A stretch of 64,000 nt of DNA from Mizuhopecten yessoensis (Eukaryota), in the NCBI RefSeq assembly GCF_002113885.1, contig NW_018408465.1, forward strand, positions 3,128,060-3,192,059, given 5' to 3'. Shown in pieces: positions 25,643-37,904 of this stretch; position 1 is the first letter of the stretch, and each line of letters opens with the position of its first letter. A program made the position numbers and the translations under genes. Below the pieces are notes generated by a model. The model was given only the letters and a program-made list of their open reading frames with translations, searched no databases and had not been told where the DNA came from.

Positions 25643-26049
25643 GCCCAGGTCGGGCTGATCCGCACCGCGATTTTGGCGCTCTGGGTATTGGCAGCGATCC
25701 AATGGGGATCGTACTCACGGGCAGTCTGATGTCTCCTCAAATAGGCGACGTATCGTCCGCACACCACAGTCTCTACCTTGCTGACCAGAAGGACAGTTTA
25801 CTTATGTACCACAGGCCAGTGACGGCGAAGGGATACAAGAAACCATGTTTGTTCTGTCAGATCAACAACGTCAAGACCAAGTCGGGATGGTACACCTACA
25901 CCTACTATAAGTGTGAAGCTTGTGATATCCCGCTCTGTCAACCTCAGGGCAAACGAGATTGTTTCGTGCGCTACCATGAATACTTGGCTGCCGGTCAGAG
26001 CAAATCTGAACCTGATGCGACTCATAAGCATTCGTCCGGATATCTGTGA
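25643..26049 (+). CDS. Alternative terminal exon E11: piggyBac-type Cys-rich domain
   Basis: Acceptor ctcgctttgtcctttcag|GC (phase 1), with ctctaat branch-like motif upstream; YHRPVTAKGYKKPCLFCQINNVKTKSGWYTYTYYKCEACDIPLCQPQGKRDCFVRYH; stop TGA. Confidence 0.85.
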
Positions 26050-26636
26050 CTGAAAAGCAGCAATACAGATTGGAGTGTTTAACGACTACACACAGTCTGA
26101 TCTGACCTGTATATGAATCCTTGCCGAGGCTACAAAGCCTTCATGGAGGTTGTGTTTGTCTAGGGATCACTTAATGTGACACTGCATGTCTTTATATCAC
26201 CAGTAATGTAATTATGTTCTTCGAGCAATAATCCCAATGGCTAGTCTTGAGAATGTGGTAAAATATGTACCTTTATTGAATTATACTAGTTGGGGTATTG
26301 TTTGTCATTGATCTACATACCTAGCGAGTGGAAGGTTCCGACACACGTAGTGACTTTATTTAAATGAAACCATGTCTTTTTTTGTAATGGTTAATAAGGA
26401 TTATATTTGAATTTTGCAGAAGGAACTTTTATACAAGTAGAAAAATATGTCTTAAGGTAAAGGGAACCGTACGATTTAAATGTAATATTACTGATGACAC
26501 TGTTATGAAATATTTGCCTCTTATTTTTCTGCTTTTCATTGTACAGATTGCAGTTATTCTAAAATTTGTTAATGTTTTTTTTGGAAAAAAAATGATTGAT
26601 AAACAAAAGAAATAGGGGAACATGCCATGAGTCAGA

Positions 26637-26727
26637 ATAACTCATTCACCCCTGAAGACACATTTGAACTCTTCCACTTCAAAGGTTGGAATAGTTCATT
26701 ATGAAATTTTGGGGGTGAATGAGTTAA
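26637..26727. mobile_element. MITE family A copy
   Basis: ataa-ctcattcacccctgaa...gggggtgaatgag-ttaa; homologous to 2321-2411. Confidence 0.75.
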
Positions 26728-28786
26728 AATATGTGCTGCCTCACTCCGTATTTCTGGTAATTGTTTTTTTCTTGGCATATCCACTACCAATCCCACATAT
26801 TACAAATGTTGCTGCAATCAACAGTTTGTAATTTCACTGTTTCAATATGAAATATGCTTACATTGCAAAGGGAAGTAACTCTTGCTTTATCTGGAACTCT
26901 TCTTTGCAATTAGAAGTGCTGAGGTGGTACCCTTAACCTTAGACACATGTTTCACCTATCTGTATATACCAGTTTGAGGGAGTTGGTCAAAGCAAAACAA
27001 AAATGAGCACAATTTTAACGAGATGTTCAGCGACAGGAAGTACAGATCTGATTATTGTATGTTGTTTATTAGAATCATTTGATTGAGGGTCGACTATGAC
27101 AGCAGATAGAATTTGCACAGAGTACGATGTGTTATAGAATGTGATCGAAAAAAGTTCTTCATCGCAGACATTTTCTGTTGTTTTGGAATTCCTTCAAACT
27201 ACTGGTGACATTTCCTGATACGTAGTTTTGGATGGGTTTTACCATTTACCATTTACCAAATGATTATCGGATAGACTATATATATCAGTGGCACACAGTT
27301 GGTATTTGAAGACCGTATATATATATTATAGTTTAGTTAAATATATATAGCATTTAGCTTTTTCAACATATTTATTTGTTGGGATCTATTGTCATCTGTC
27401 AACAAACGGCAAATCAAAGTATCACAGAATCCAAGCATTTATGACCATATAAGGTTGTTGACGTCCAGATTGACCAAGTATGTGAGTGTGTATTGTATGA
27501 CGATTATCATGTTGAATCCCAGGACACGTTTGTCCCGTTACCTGTTGTAATCACTATGTAAATATCACCAATTTAAAATATACCTTCAGATGTCATTGAA
27601 TGATTAAGTGGTATACTATTAGATACAACCACATCATACTGAGGCTATTTTAGCGGACCTTACTTGAAGAGCTAAATTTGCTTTGGTTATGAGAATGAGT
27701 CCATCGTCCGTCATCAATTTTTCTGTAGAATGCTTTAATTTAGTCCAGAATAGCTGGTCGGTATTACCTAAATCTAGTAAAGAGCATCCATTGGTGAAAA
27801 TGGATTCAATGTTAAATAAAAGGTAGGCTGTGACTTTCGCTTGTGACACGTGGGCAGAGGGGCGGGGTCGAATATTGGAAATAGTTTCAGTAAGCGATAA
27901 TTAATCAGACTTGGTGCCATACATTAAGGGCTGATTTGAGAGAGCTGCTGTGGTGTCTTATTTTCACTTCTCCATTTCCACAATGGTGACTTTACAAAAA
28001 TAATAGTTGTAAAGAGTGCCTTTCTGCTGATAAAGTGTTTTTTTCGGTCATTCAAAATTAAACATGAATACCTGCTCTCTGATTGGTTTAGAAATTTCAG
28101 CGTTTCAATTTCTAACTGTTGAATGAAAACCGGAATTGATAGGAATTACATTCCTGAGCAGGTGATGTTAATAACAGTATTAATTGGAAATCTGAAGATG
28201 GCCACCTTGTCTTAAAATAGGAGAAATAAAGCCTTTTCTTGTCTAATTCAGATAGAAACATGTTAGCAAATACTATGCCATAGACGTTTTGTTAACGGTA
28301 ATTGACGATGCTTTAGATAACAGTTTTATTCTTTATAGAAAATTATAATGATGTTTCCGAAGATACCTGTCTACATGTTATTACTCTCCCGGTTGTATAT
28401 ATTCATGAGTTTAATGTCAAAGATGTTTCTTGCTATTTTTTGTCACAAATGTACGCACATACTTATTGTAACAAATTTCATATAACATGATTCTTTTTAT
28501 ATCTAATTGCCATAGACACGTTTCACTGTTATAGTAGTGTTGTAAAATTGTTCATTCAAATATGTAACATTTAATTTTTCTTATGACCAAAAAAAGGAAT
28601 TTTCTGCCCAAATTTATCGGTGGTTTATCTTTCTGAATGTGTCACTGATGACTTTATGATTTTGTAGAGTTGAAAGTTTTACATATTATATGACACCAAA
28701 TTGGAGATTATATACATGCTTAATATGAAATATATATATGACACTAGACAGGTTACCAAAGCTATGTTTCACTTAGTAAACATGTT

Positions 28787-28877
28787 TTAACTTGCTCACC
28801 CCTGAAATTTCATAATGAACTATTCCAACCTATGAATTGGAAGAGCTTAAATGTGTCTTCGAGGGTGAATGAGTTAA
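28787..28877. mobile_element. MITE family A copy (inverted orientation)
   Basis: ttaa-cttgctcacccctgaaatttc...cttcgagggtgaatgag-ttaa; internal sequence is the reverse complement of the other two copies. Confidence 0.75.
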
Positions 28878-29675
28878 AAAGGAACATATTTTTTTTCAGG
28901 GACTTTTAAGGCATTAAGTATGTTTTAAGCGAAACCAATGTGTCTTGTACCTGATGATCTTTTTTATGAAATCTAAGTCATTGTTCCTGATGAAGATTCA
29001 AGTGAAATTCATTTCTCTTGTTTAATTAATTTTAATTGAAATTAAAATTGTTTTGCCAATTGAAAGTTTAATTGAAGTCAAAGTCTTTAGTGTCCTATAA
29101 CTTTGCATCTTTTCAAAGTCATTTACATGCCATCTTTTCAAGGATCAACATTGTTTCCTGGAAGGGGGTTCTGTTGTGCTGTGTTGCAAAATCTTACAGT
29201 TTTTAAGATCGTAAGAAGGACCCATGTTTTGATGAAATTCCATGGTTTAAGCTGTTCTATGCAATGAATGAATTTAACTTGGATTTTGATGAGGGGGACG
29301 TTGGAAGTTTCTATTCATTTGAAATTGATTTCTGTTTACAAAACCTTGTCATATATATCACTCGTGTTCCTACATGTGCAAACATTAAATGTGTTGTGAT
29401 TGTAATAAACTGTAGCTAGAGATAAACAAGGTGTTATGTGTTTTGTTTGCACATTAAGCGTGGTGGACCGGGAGGGACGCTTTAGGCTGAGGACAGCAGC
29501 CTGATTTTGAACATACAGTGTATTATAAGTTATACACGTAATCAGAAGTGCTTGTATGAAGAACCATGATTATCATTCTCATTACTGGTTATCACATTGG
29601 GTTGGAACTGATCATACACGTTTTAGTAGAAATTAAACTTTTGACCAGCAGTGTAAATCTAGCAGACGATACAGT

Positions 29676-29865
29676 TATTCCGTCTTTGCGTATTGCAGAG
29701 TTATCTTCTCTTGGGAGCAGGTATTGATTGTTACGTCACTTGTTTGTGAGAGAAACGTCATCAATTTTTGAGAAAACGACGTAATTTTCTCACACAGACC
29801 AATGACTTAACAATCAATACCTGCTCCCAAGAGAAGATAACTCTGCAATACGCAAAGACGGAATA
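29676..29865. mobile_element. Palindromic (hairpin) MITE, about 190 bp
   Basis: tattccgtctttgcgtattgcagagttatcttctcttgggagcaggtattgattgtta is exactly reverse-complemented at the right end (about 58 bp), with further imperfect pairing inside; TA at both termini. Confidence 0.85.
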
Positions 29866-30144
29866 GTAGGCAGAACACACAACCTAACATGCCGTCACCA
29901 GGTTATATACTTTGGACATCCTTGTACACGCATACAAACATACATTGTCTGTTTGCTTGACATGACGGCTTTTCTCTTGTCTGAATTTATCCTTTATTCG
30001 GTCGAGAATCCGAGTTTAAATCTGAAAATCATTAGCATATGTTAAGTTTTAAATAATATATTTTGCTCCGAATATCGGCAAAACAAAATAACACCATTGC
30101 TAATACGCAGTATTTGACAATTCAACTTCTGTTTTGGTTTTCAG

Positions 30145-30491
30145 GCAAGAATGCCCGCGGTCTGGAGCAGGTTGTTGAACAGTTGCGGGACAGACAGGGA
30201 CAGGTTCAAGGCTTACATCTGAGTTATGTCCCCGGAAGTTCCGTACAACACACCGCCCTGCCCTTAAAGCACGACGAATTTGATACAAAAATCCACCGGC
30301 CGGTAACCACCGCAGGATATAGAAAGCCATGTGTGTATTGTCAAATCAACAAAGTGAAGACCAAGTCTGGCTGGTATACCTACACCTACTTTAAATGTGA
30401 GGCATGTGACATCCCACTGTGTAAAGGCAAGAGAGACTGTTTCACTCAGTACCACAACTACCTAGAATGGGGCGGACACGATATCAAGTAA
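30145..30491 (+). CDS. Alternative terminal exon E12: piggyBac-type Cys-rich domain (close paralogue of E11)
   Basis: Acceptor cttctgttttggttttcag|GC (phase 1); IHRPVTTAGYRKPCVYCQINKVKTKSGWYTYTYFKCEACDIPLCKGKRDCFTQYH; no Met in the ORF; stop TAA. Confidence 0.85.
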
Positions 30492-32780
30492 CTTCACAAG
30501 TATGCTGCGAACATCCCGCCATTATTTTATCTTGAATGTTTGGATGGGGCGGCAATCCCACTGACCTCTCATGTTTGGATGGGGCAGCAATCCTAGTGGC
30601 CATACAAGTGTCGATGTGGCCGCACCCCAGTGACTTGACAAATGCTTATCGGAGGACATGCCGACACCACGTGACAACATTGGTATATCTATTGCAGCAG
30701 CATGTCACCAAGTGCCCTAACAAGTGCCTGAGCTGTTGGGTGGAAAATTATTTTTTGTTTTGCAAAAACAACACGGGGTATTTGAATGGATACTTGCAAT
30801 GTTCACAATACCGAAAAAGACCAGTTTCAAAACATAGATACGTGTATGAAGCTTTTATTCTTGTTGACGAAGATAGAGAGAACACTATTGAAAGTATGAA
30901 ATAAAACTGCAGTTTGGTTTAGAAAACAGCTTCAATATGTATTATAGTAGGAAGTGTGATTGAAAATAAGGACACTTGAACATACCACTAGGAAACCGAA
31001 AGTAGCATTTGCTCCTGATTTTCAGTATTCACTATTAACAATGTTGATGTTACAGTGTGTTTCATTGAAATAGAGTGTTGTTGGAATTTGAGTCCTGGTC
31101 GGAACAGAACACAGCCGTTTCTGTGCTGTATTACAGGACATATGTATAGGTTGTGTTATATTAAACGATGAAGCAGGAATGGTTTAGTTAGCAGTTGCAT
31201 TATAATCCGTTATTTTGATGACGCTAATGAATTGAATTACAAAGTTCCTATTGGAACATACGGCACTAATTAGTGCCATCGTGTAGAAATAAATATACCA
31301 GCACAAAAAGTACACAAGACGTTAGACATCAACACGACCATTAGACATGCTAGGAGACATTAGCACAAAGGGAAAGGCATCACAGACTCTACAAAAAGGA
31401 AAAAGAAGGTGAATACAGATAAAGTGGAAGGTTTAAATCTGAAGTGCACTGCATGCGGCACCCGTCATGATATCCATTGTCACCATTTGTGGTACCCATC
31501 ATGATGTTTCCTGTCACCACATTTGCCAACCGTCATGATGTCTCCCGTCATCACATATGGTATGGTCATGATGTCTCATGTCACATGTCACGGTCTCATG
31601 TCACATGTGACAACCCTCACGATGTCTCGTGGCAACCGTTGTGTATGATTTATTTCTTGCCAGGAGGATAAGTTTCCAGTCTATAGAAAAAAAGATTTTT
31701 AATTAAAAAAATGGATGAATTTCCACAAAACAGTTGCCGTCTTTGATAGGTATAACAAATAAAATAGTCCCTCGTTGTGAATGTATGATAGATAAATCTC
31801 AACCTGAGTTGGGGGTTGGGTTGGGAATGGGCTGGTGTTTGTGCATGTAGAGACACAACCTATTGCTAATATGTTCACTGACGATGTTTACCAACAGTTG
31901 TACCTTGTTTCTTCTCTGATTCGTGTATGTTCTCCCAATCAACCCTGAATATGTCGTCATATGTATTGTTTCCAATTATTATTTTCATTATTAAATTCTA
32001 TTGTGCTATGAAGTTATGTCAATGTGATGGCCATTATGACACATACCTGCATCAGATTTTTACCATGAAGGGTGCGGCTAGCTGATCATTTCCAGCTGTA
32101 ACAAGAGATAGGCTTGTGAGGAGTGTGAAAAGCTGATGTGTTTAGTGTGTAGATATGTTTCTTTAGACTTCAATCTATCCTGAACTGTTTGATGGGTCTG
32201 TTATTGTAAAATTTATTAATAATTTTCCGGAATTTGGGTTGAAGACAATCGTTCTGGGCCTGTGTGGACTGATATAACCCGAACTGCTTAAGGTCATGCA
32301 ATACCAAAGGTTAGAAAACACTTAATCGTTAGGTGTATGTAAGAGACGCATCATGTAATGCAATATAACAGTTGTGGAATGGCATACACTACATTCAGGA
32401 CATGGACCAAACATCTTGACACTGCATGGAATGTCGTACCATTTACCTCGTATAAACAGTGATAATTCCAAATCTGCTGGGGGATTACACCATTTGGTTT
32501 TTAACATTATACTGTCTGTCTGACAACGTTCTGTTAGATCAGGCCAAAGTCTGATATATATACATCACCACCCGGGTGTAAAGTGAGAAGATTCTGGAGC
32601 AAAAGCCACTGTGATGCGCGTCACTATTATGAAGCCATCATTTAGTTTGATTTACAGTACATACAGAAACAATCGGTGTATAATAGAGTGTATCTATATT
32701 TTGACCCAATGCTTATCGTAGTGACTTCTGTTCTGTTAGTATTGTGTACCCTAATGGTGTATGGTTTATTATGCTTGCAG

Positions 32781-33124
32781 GGTCGCACAGTCAAACAAAC
32801 GAAAGATCACGATATGGTACGGTCCGTCAAGGTGCCTACCCCCTCTCTGGTATTGATCATGGGATGGTTCAGCACTTACCAATCGTGATGGATGGACCGG
32901 GTGCGTACAAGAAGCCTTGCGTTTGGTGCGAGGTAACGAAGGCGCGGACCAAGTCCGGGTGGTACATCTACTCACGGTATAAGTGTAGCCAATGTGACGT
33001 ATCACTCTGTACCGGAAGTCGGGGCTGTTTCACCGCCTATCATAACAGCTACCTGGGCATGCAGCATGCTAGCCCCCACCATCCAAACCAACCCGCACCA
33101 ACAAACCAAGGACAGACCAAATGA
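32781..33124 (+). CDS. Alternative terminal exon E13: piggyBac-type Cys-rich domain
   Basis: Acceptor tttattatgcttgcag|GG (phase 1); QHLPIVMDGPGAYKKPCVWCEVTKARTKSGWYIYSRYKCSQCDVSLCTGSRGCFTAYH; stop TGA. Confidence 0.85.
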
Positions 33125-34007
33125 AAACTTTGTATATAACTGATGATCAATCCTTGTTTATCACATAATGTACTGTGTTATCTAGTGAATATACCCATGT
33201 CATATTTTTTTGCGTATTAACCCATGTAATATGACCTATCAGCCCTGTGATTGGTTGTAAGTTTCAATTGTTTCAATTGTGACGTCGGCCTAGGACAAGT
33301 ATATGACGTCACAGACTTAAGCACTAGAATCAAAATGGCGGCTTTTTACATCTTAAGGTTGCATAAGAACTCGTCAAGAATTTTTCATTTTAGCTCGCCA
33401 AAGGCTCGTTAAATTGAAAAATTCTTTAAGACTCCTTTCATAAATCTCATATGAAATGGAAACTCATGTAAGATCCTATTTATAGAGCGCTCACAGCATA
33501 AATGCTCCTTTAAGTTTCCCGATGTTTCCTCGAGGCAACGTATTATACCTTCATATCAGCGTGAAATAGTATTATATGATAAAAAATATGTTGTTCAAAA
33601 ACCTTTGATGATAGTTTTGATAAACTAGAATGAATATGAGAAGTCGCCTTTGATTTGAATGGAACACTGCATTTAATACCTGTCTGTAAGGTTTCAATAA
33701 AAAAAACTGTTTTTGCAATTACATATATGCACATCCTTAAACCTATTAATAATATTTTGTTGTTTACAGATTGATAATATTTATTGTAATTTGAAAACCA
33801 AATCTTAGTTAAATGTAGAATTTTGTTGAATGTAGAAAAAGTAGTACTGACAAAATTGATAATAAAATATATTAAGAAAATAAATTTGGAAAATTTCGTA
33901 TTTTTTTTTTATAAAACTTTGTATTTGCATATTATGCATTATATGGATGAAATGACACCATTTTATGTGTTGTTGTTTTACCTGGTGAAGAGGTGCTTCT
34001 CTTAATT

Positions 34008-35080
34008 GAGAGGAGTGGCTCTCGGTATTGTACATGCTCCTTATTATATTGATAGAGAGGAGTGGCTCTCTGTATTGTACATGCTCCTTATTATATTGAT
34101 AGAGAGGAGTGGCTCTCGGTATTGTACATACTCCTTATTATATTGATAGAGAGGAGTGGCTCTCGGTATTGTACATACTCCTTATTATATTGATAGAGAG
34201 GAGTTGCTCTCGGTATTATACATACTCCTTATTATATTGATAAAGAGGAATGGCTCTCTGTATTGTACATGTCCCTTATTATATTGATAGAGAGGAGTGG
34301 CTCTCTGTATTGTACATGTCCCTTATTATATTGATAGAGAGGAGTGGCTCTCTGTATTGTACATGCTCCTTATTATATTGATAGAGAGGAGTGGCTCTCT
34401 GTATTGTACATGCTCCTTATTATATTGATAGAGAGGAGTGGCTCTCGGTATTGTACATGCTCCTTATTATATTGATAGAGAGGAGTGGCTCTCGGTATTG
34501 TACATACTCCTTATTATATTGATAGAGAGGAGTGGCTCTCGGTATTGTACATACTCCTTATTATATTGATAGAGAGGAGTGGCTCTCGGTATTGTACATA
34601 CTCCTTATTATATTGATAGAGAGGAGTGGCTCTCGGTATTGTACATACTCCTTATTATATTGATAGAGAGGAGTGGCTCTCTGTATTGTACATGCTCCTT
34701 ATTATATTGATAGAGAGGAGTGGCTCTCGGTATTGTACATACTCCTTATTATATTGATAGAGAGGAGTGGCTCTCGGTATTGTACATACTCCTTATTATA
34801 TTGATAGAGAGGAGTGGCTCTCGGTATTGTACATACTCCTTATTATATTGATAGAGAGGAGTGGCTCTCGGTATTGTACATACTCCTTATTATATTGATA
34901 GAGAGGAGTGGCTCTCTGTATTGTACATACTCCTTATTATATTGATAGAGATGAGTGGCTCTCTGTATTGTACATGCTCCTTATTATATTGATAGAGAGG
35001 AGTGGCTCTCTGTATTGTACGTGCTCCTTATTATATTGATAGAGAGGAGTGGCTCTCTGTATTGTACATACTCCTTATTA
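34008..35080. repeat. Minisatellite, 47-bp unit, about 23 copies
   Basis: gagaggagtggctctcggtattgtacatactccttattatattgata repeated with few variants. Confidence 0.95.
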
Positions 35081-36000
35081 TTAGCTCACCTAGCACGAAG
35101 TGCCAAGTGAGCTTATGCCATGGCGCGGCGTCCAGCGTCAATATTTTACTTTAAACGACTTCTTCTTAATAACCGAAAGGCCTAGGTTGTCGATATTTGG
35201 CCAGAAGCAAACTTGGATGAAGGGCTACAAAGTTTGTTCAAATAAATGACCTTCACCCATATTCAAGGTCACAGGGGTCAAATATGTTAAAAAATTTAAA
35301 CAACTTCTTCTGAATAACCAAAATTCCCTGGGTGATGATATTTGGCCAGTAGCATGCTGGGGCAAAGGGCTATCAAGATTGTTCAAATGAATGACCTTCA
35401 CCTATATTCAAGGTCACAGGGGTCAAATATGTTAAAAACTTTAAACAACTTCTTCTGAATAACCAAAATGCCCAGGGTGATGATATTTAGTCAGTAGCAT
35501 ACTAGGACCAAGGGCTACCAAGTTTGTTTAAATGCATGACCTTGAATCATATTCAAGGTCACAAGGAGCAAATATGTTCAAAATATTTCAACAACTTGTT
35601 CTGAATAACCAAAAGGCTCAGGATGTTGATATTTAGTCAGTAGCATATGCTGGGATCAAGGACTACTATGTTTGTTAAAGTGAATGACTTTGACTTATAT
35701 TCAAGGTCACAGGGGTCAAATTTGTTTAAAATCTTTAAACAACCTCTTATGAATAACCATGGGTCCCAGGATGTTTATACTTTGCAAGTTGCATCCTGAG
35801 ATGAAAGGCTATACAATGTGTTCAACATAATGACTTTGTTCGACTTTCAATCACAGGGGTGAAATGTTTAAAAAAGAATTAACAGGGTCTTTTGAATGAA
35901 TTTTAATCATAAATACTGATATTTTGCCTGTAGCTGTATTTTAAGGTTACAAGTGTGAGTTTTATACCAGGTGAGCGATGCAGGCCCATTGGGCCTCTTG
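35081..36000 (+). mobile_element. Non-autonomous Helentron-associated element (HINE-like) with internal about 120-bp repeats
   Basis: 5' ttagctcacc.. subterminal IR, internal tgacctt..tcaaggtcacaggggtcaaa repeats, 3' caggtgagcgatgcaggcccattgggcctcttg (IR partner plus short palindrome); no TSD. Confidence 0.75.
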
Positions 36001-36015
36001 TATTGATAGAGAGGT

Positions 36016-36342
36016 AAGAAAGTAGTCAACGCTGGTAATTTGTAGGTGTAGGCACAGGTTAAAAAGTAGTCAACACTGACAATTTGTAGGTGAAGGCACA
36101 GGTTAAAAAGTAGTCAACACTGACAATTTGTCTGTGAAGGCACAGGTTAGAAAGTAGTCGTCAAAGCTGACAATTTGTCGGTGTAGACACGGGTTAGAAA
36201 GTAGTCAACGCTGACAATTTGTCGGTGTAGACACAGGTTAGAAAGTAGTCAACGCTGACAATTTGTTGGTGTAGACACAGGTTAGAAAGTAGTCAACGCT
36301 GACAATTTGTCGGTGTAGACACAGGTTAGAAAGTAGACAACG
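36016..36342. repeat. Minisatellite, about 44-bp unit
   Basis: ttagaaagtagtcaacgctgacaatttgtcggtgtagacacagg, about 7 copies. Confidence 0.9.
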
Positions 36343-36914
36343 CAATCACTTTCCAGATATTAGCACCCCTACCGTTATAGGTCACTTGTCTACGTCTTTA
36401 TGTGCGTAATACAAATATTGTTTTCCTTTGTGCAGATGTTTTACCGTAGAAAAAACAGCGCTGTTTATGAAACACATGTACGTGATAATTACTTAGGCGT
36501 GGGCTATTTGCCTCCAGGATTGATGATCTAGAATCAAAAAGAAATATTTCGAAAAAGTCTTTTTTAAAACCAGCTGGGATGATCTTTTTACAATCAGTCA
36601 TGTAATTATATACATCCAGCATATATCAACTACAATGTGCTTAAAGTACATAAAATAGCAGTCCTCGGAGTTCATAGATGATCAGCCTGGATGATCTACA
36701 ATCAGCGTAATTCTTTTGATCAATCAGGTTAGGGTAAGCTCCAATGAGCGTAAATACAATGTACATACGATAGGATTAGGTAATGTACAGTCAGTATAAC
36801 GACTAACTAGGATAATCTACAAATATATAGTGTAGATTATTGACGAAGACTATGGACAACTTCAGTCTTATGTTCGCCATCATGAACTCCAAGTATAAGA
36901 AGGTTGATGTTTTA

Positions 36915-37577
36915 AGATTCGTCTTCGTCCTTTGTCTGTCGTCCGTTAACAGTTAACATTTTCAACTTAAACTGACATCTCCCTTTCAACTTAAACTGAC
37001 ATCTCCCTGACCAAGTGTTGTTATTTTTCGGGACTATCAAAAATCAAAAATGGCCACCACGGCCGAGATCTGGAAAAACTGTTTTAAACTTAAAGTCCAG
37101 TTTTATTAAGCCGATTAACCTGAAACTTGGTAGGATTGATCGACTGATGGACCTTTCAAAGTGTTGTTATTTTTCTGGTCGATCAGAAATCCAATATGGC
37201 AACCACGGCCGCCATTTTGAAAAACTACCTTAAACTTAAAGTCAAGTTTTATTTGGCCGATTTAACTGAAATTTGGTAGGATTGATAGTCCATGGTCGTG
37301 ACAAAGTGTTGTTATTTTTTGGGTCGATCACAAATCCAATATGACCGCCTCGGCCGCCATTTTGAAAAAAAAAACCAACTTAAAATCAAGTTCTTGTAGG
37401 CTGATTAACTCTGTCTAGGAACGATCAACTCATGGTCCTGACAAACTTAACTTATCGTCATAGTTTATACTCAAATTGGTTGGGATGATTGACATCATTA
37501 TCTCCACTTCATATTTCAACAACAAAATATATACTGTAGGACTCCGGTGACCATTAAGGCCCATGGGCATCTTGTTA
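36915..37577 (+). mobile_element. Degenerate HINE-like element with internal repeats
   Basis: cgtc/tgtc microsatellite-like head, repeated aagtgttgttatttt..aatatggc..ggccgccattttgaaa units, 3' end ggtgaccattaaggcccatgggcatcttgtt. Confidence 0.55.
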
Positions 37578-37904
37578 TTAACTATGCTCATTAGAATGCC
37601 TTGTGGTTTGGTTCTTATGGTTAATGTCGTCGATGAAACAGAAGACTCTTATCCTACCGGAACACACTGTTTCATGTTTCTTTTCCATTTTATTGGCTTC
37701 TATGATCATCTTTCCTTTGTTTATATTTTCTCTAGATTGATCAATTTTGTTTATATTTTCTCTAGATTGATCAATTTTGTTTATATTTCCTGTAGATTTA
37801 TCGTTTTTGAGTTCCAATTATGGTTTTGTTGACTCGTTGGCACTTTGCTGTTATGATATATATAATATTAATGATAATGAATATGAATTCCACAGTGCTA
37901 TCAT

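Noticed and set aside
1-33124. Cassettes as decayed piggyBac transposon copies
   Set aside because: No DDD transposase core or TIRs around them; all are on one strand, intact, in the same splice phase, and E11/E12 show synonymous-biased divergence.
3512-33701. Individual AATAAA hexamers as definitive poly(A) sites (e.g. 6330, 7785, 24355, 29404, 30900, 33696)
   Set aside because: Compatible with the terminal-exon model, but too frequent by chance in AT-rich DNA to call without 3'-end data.
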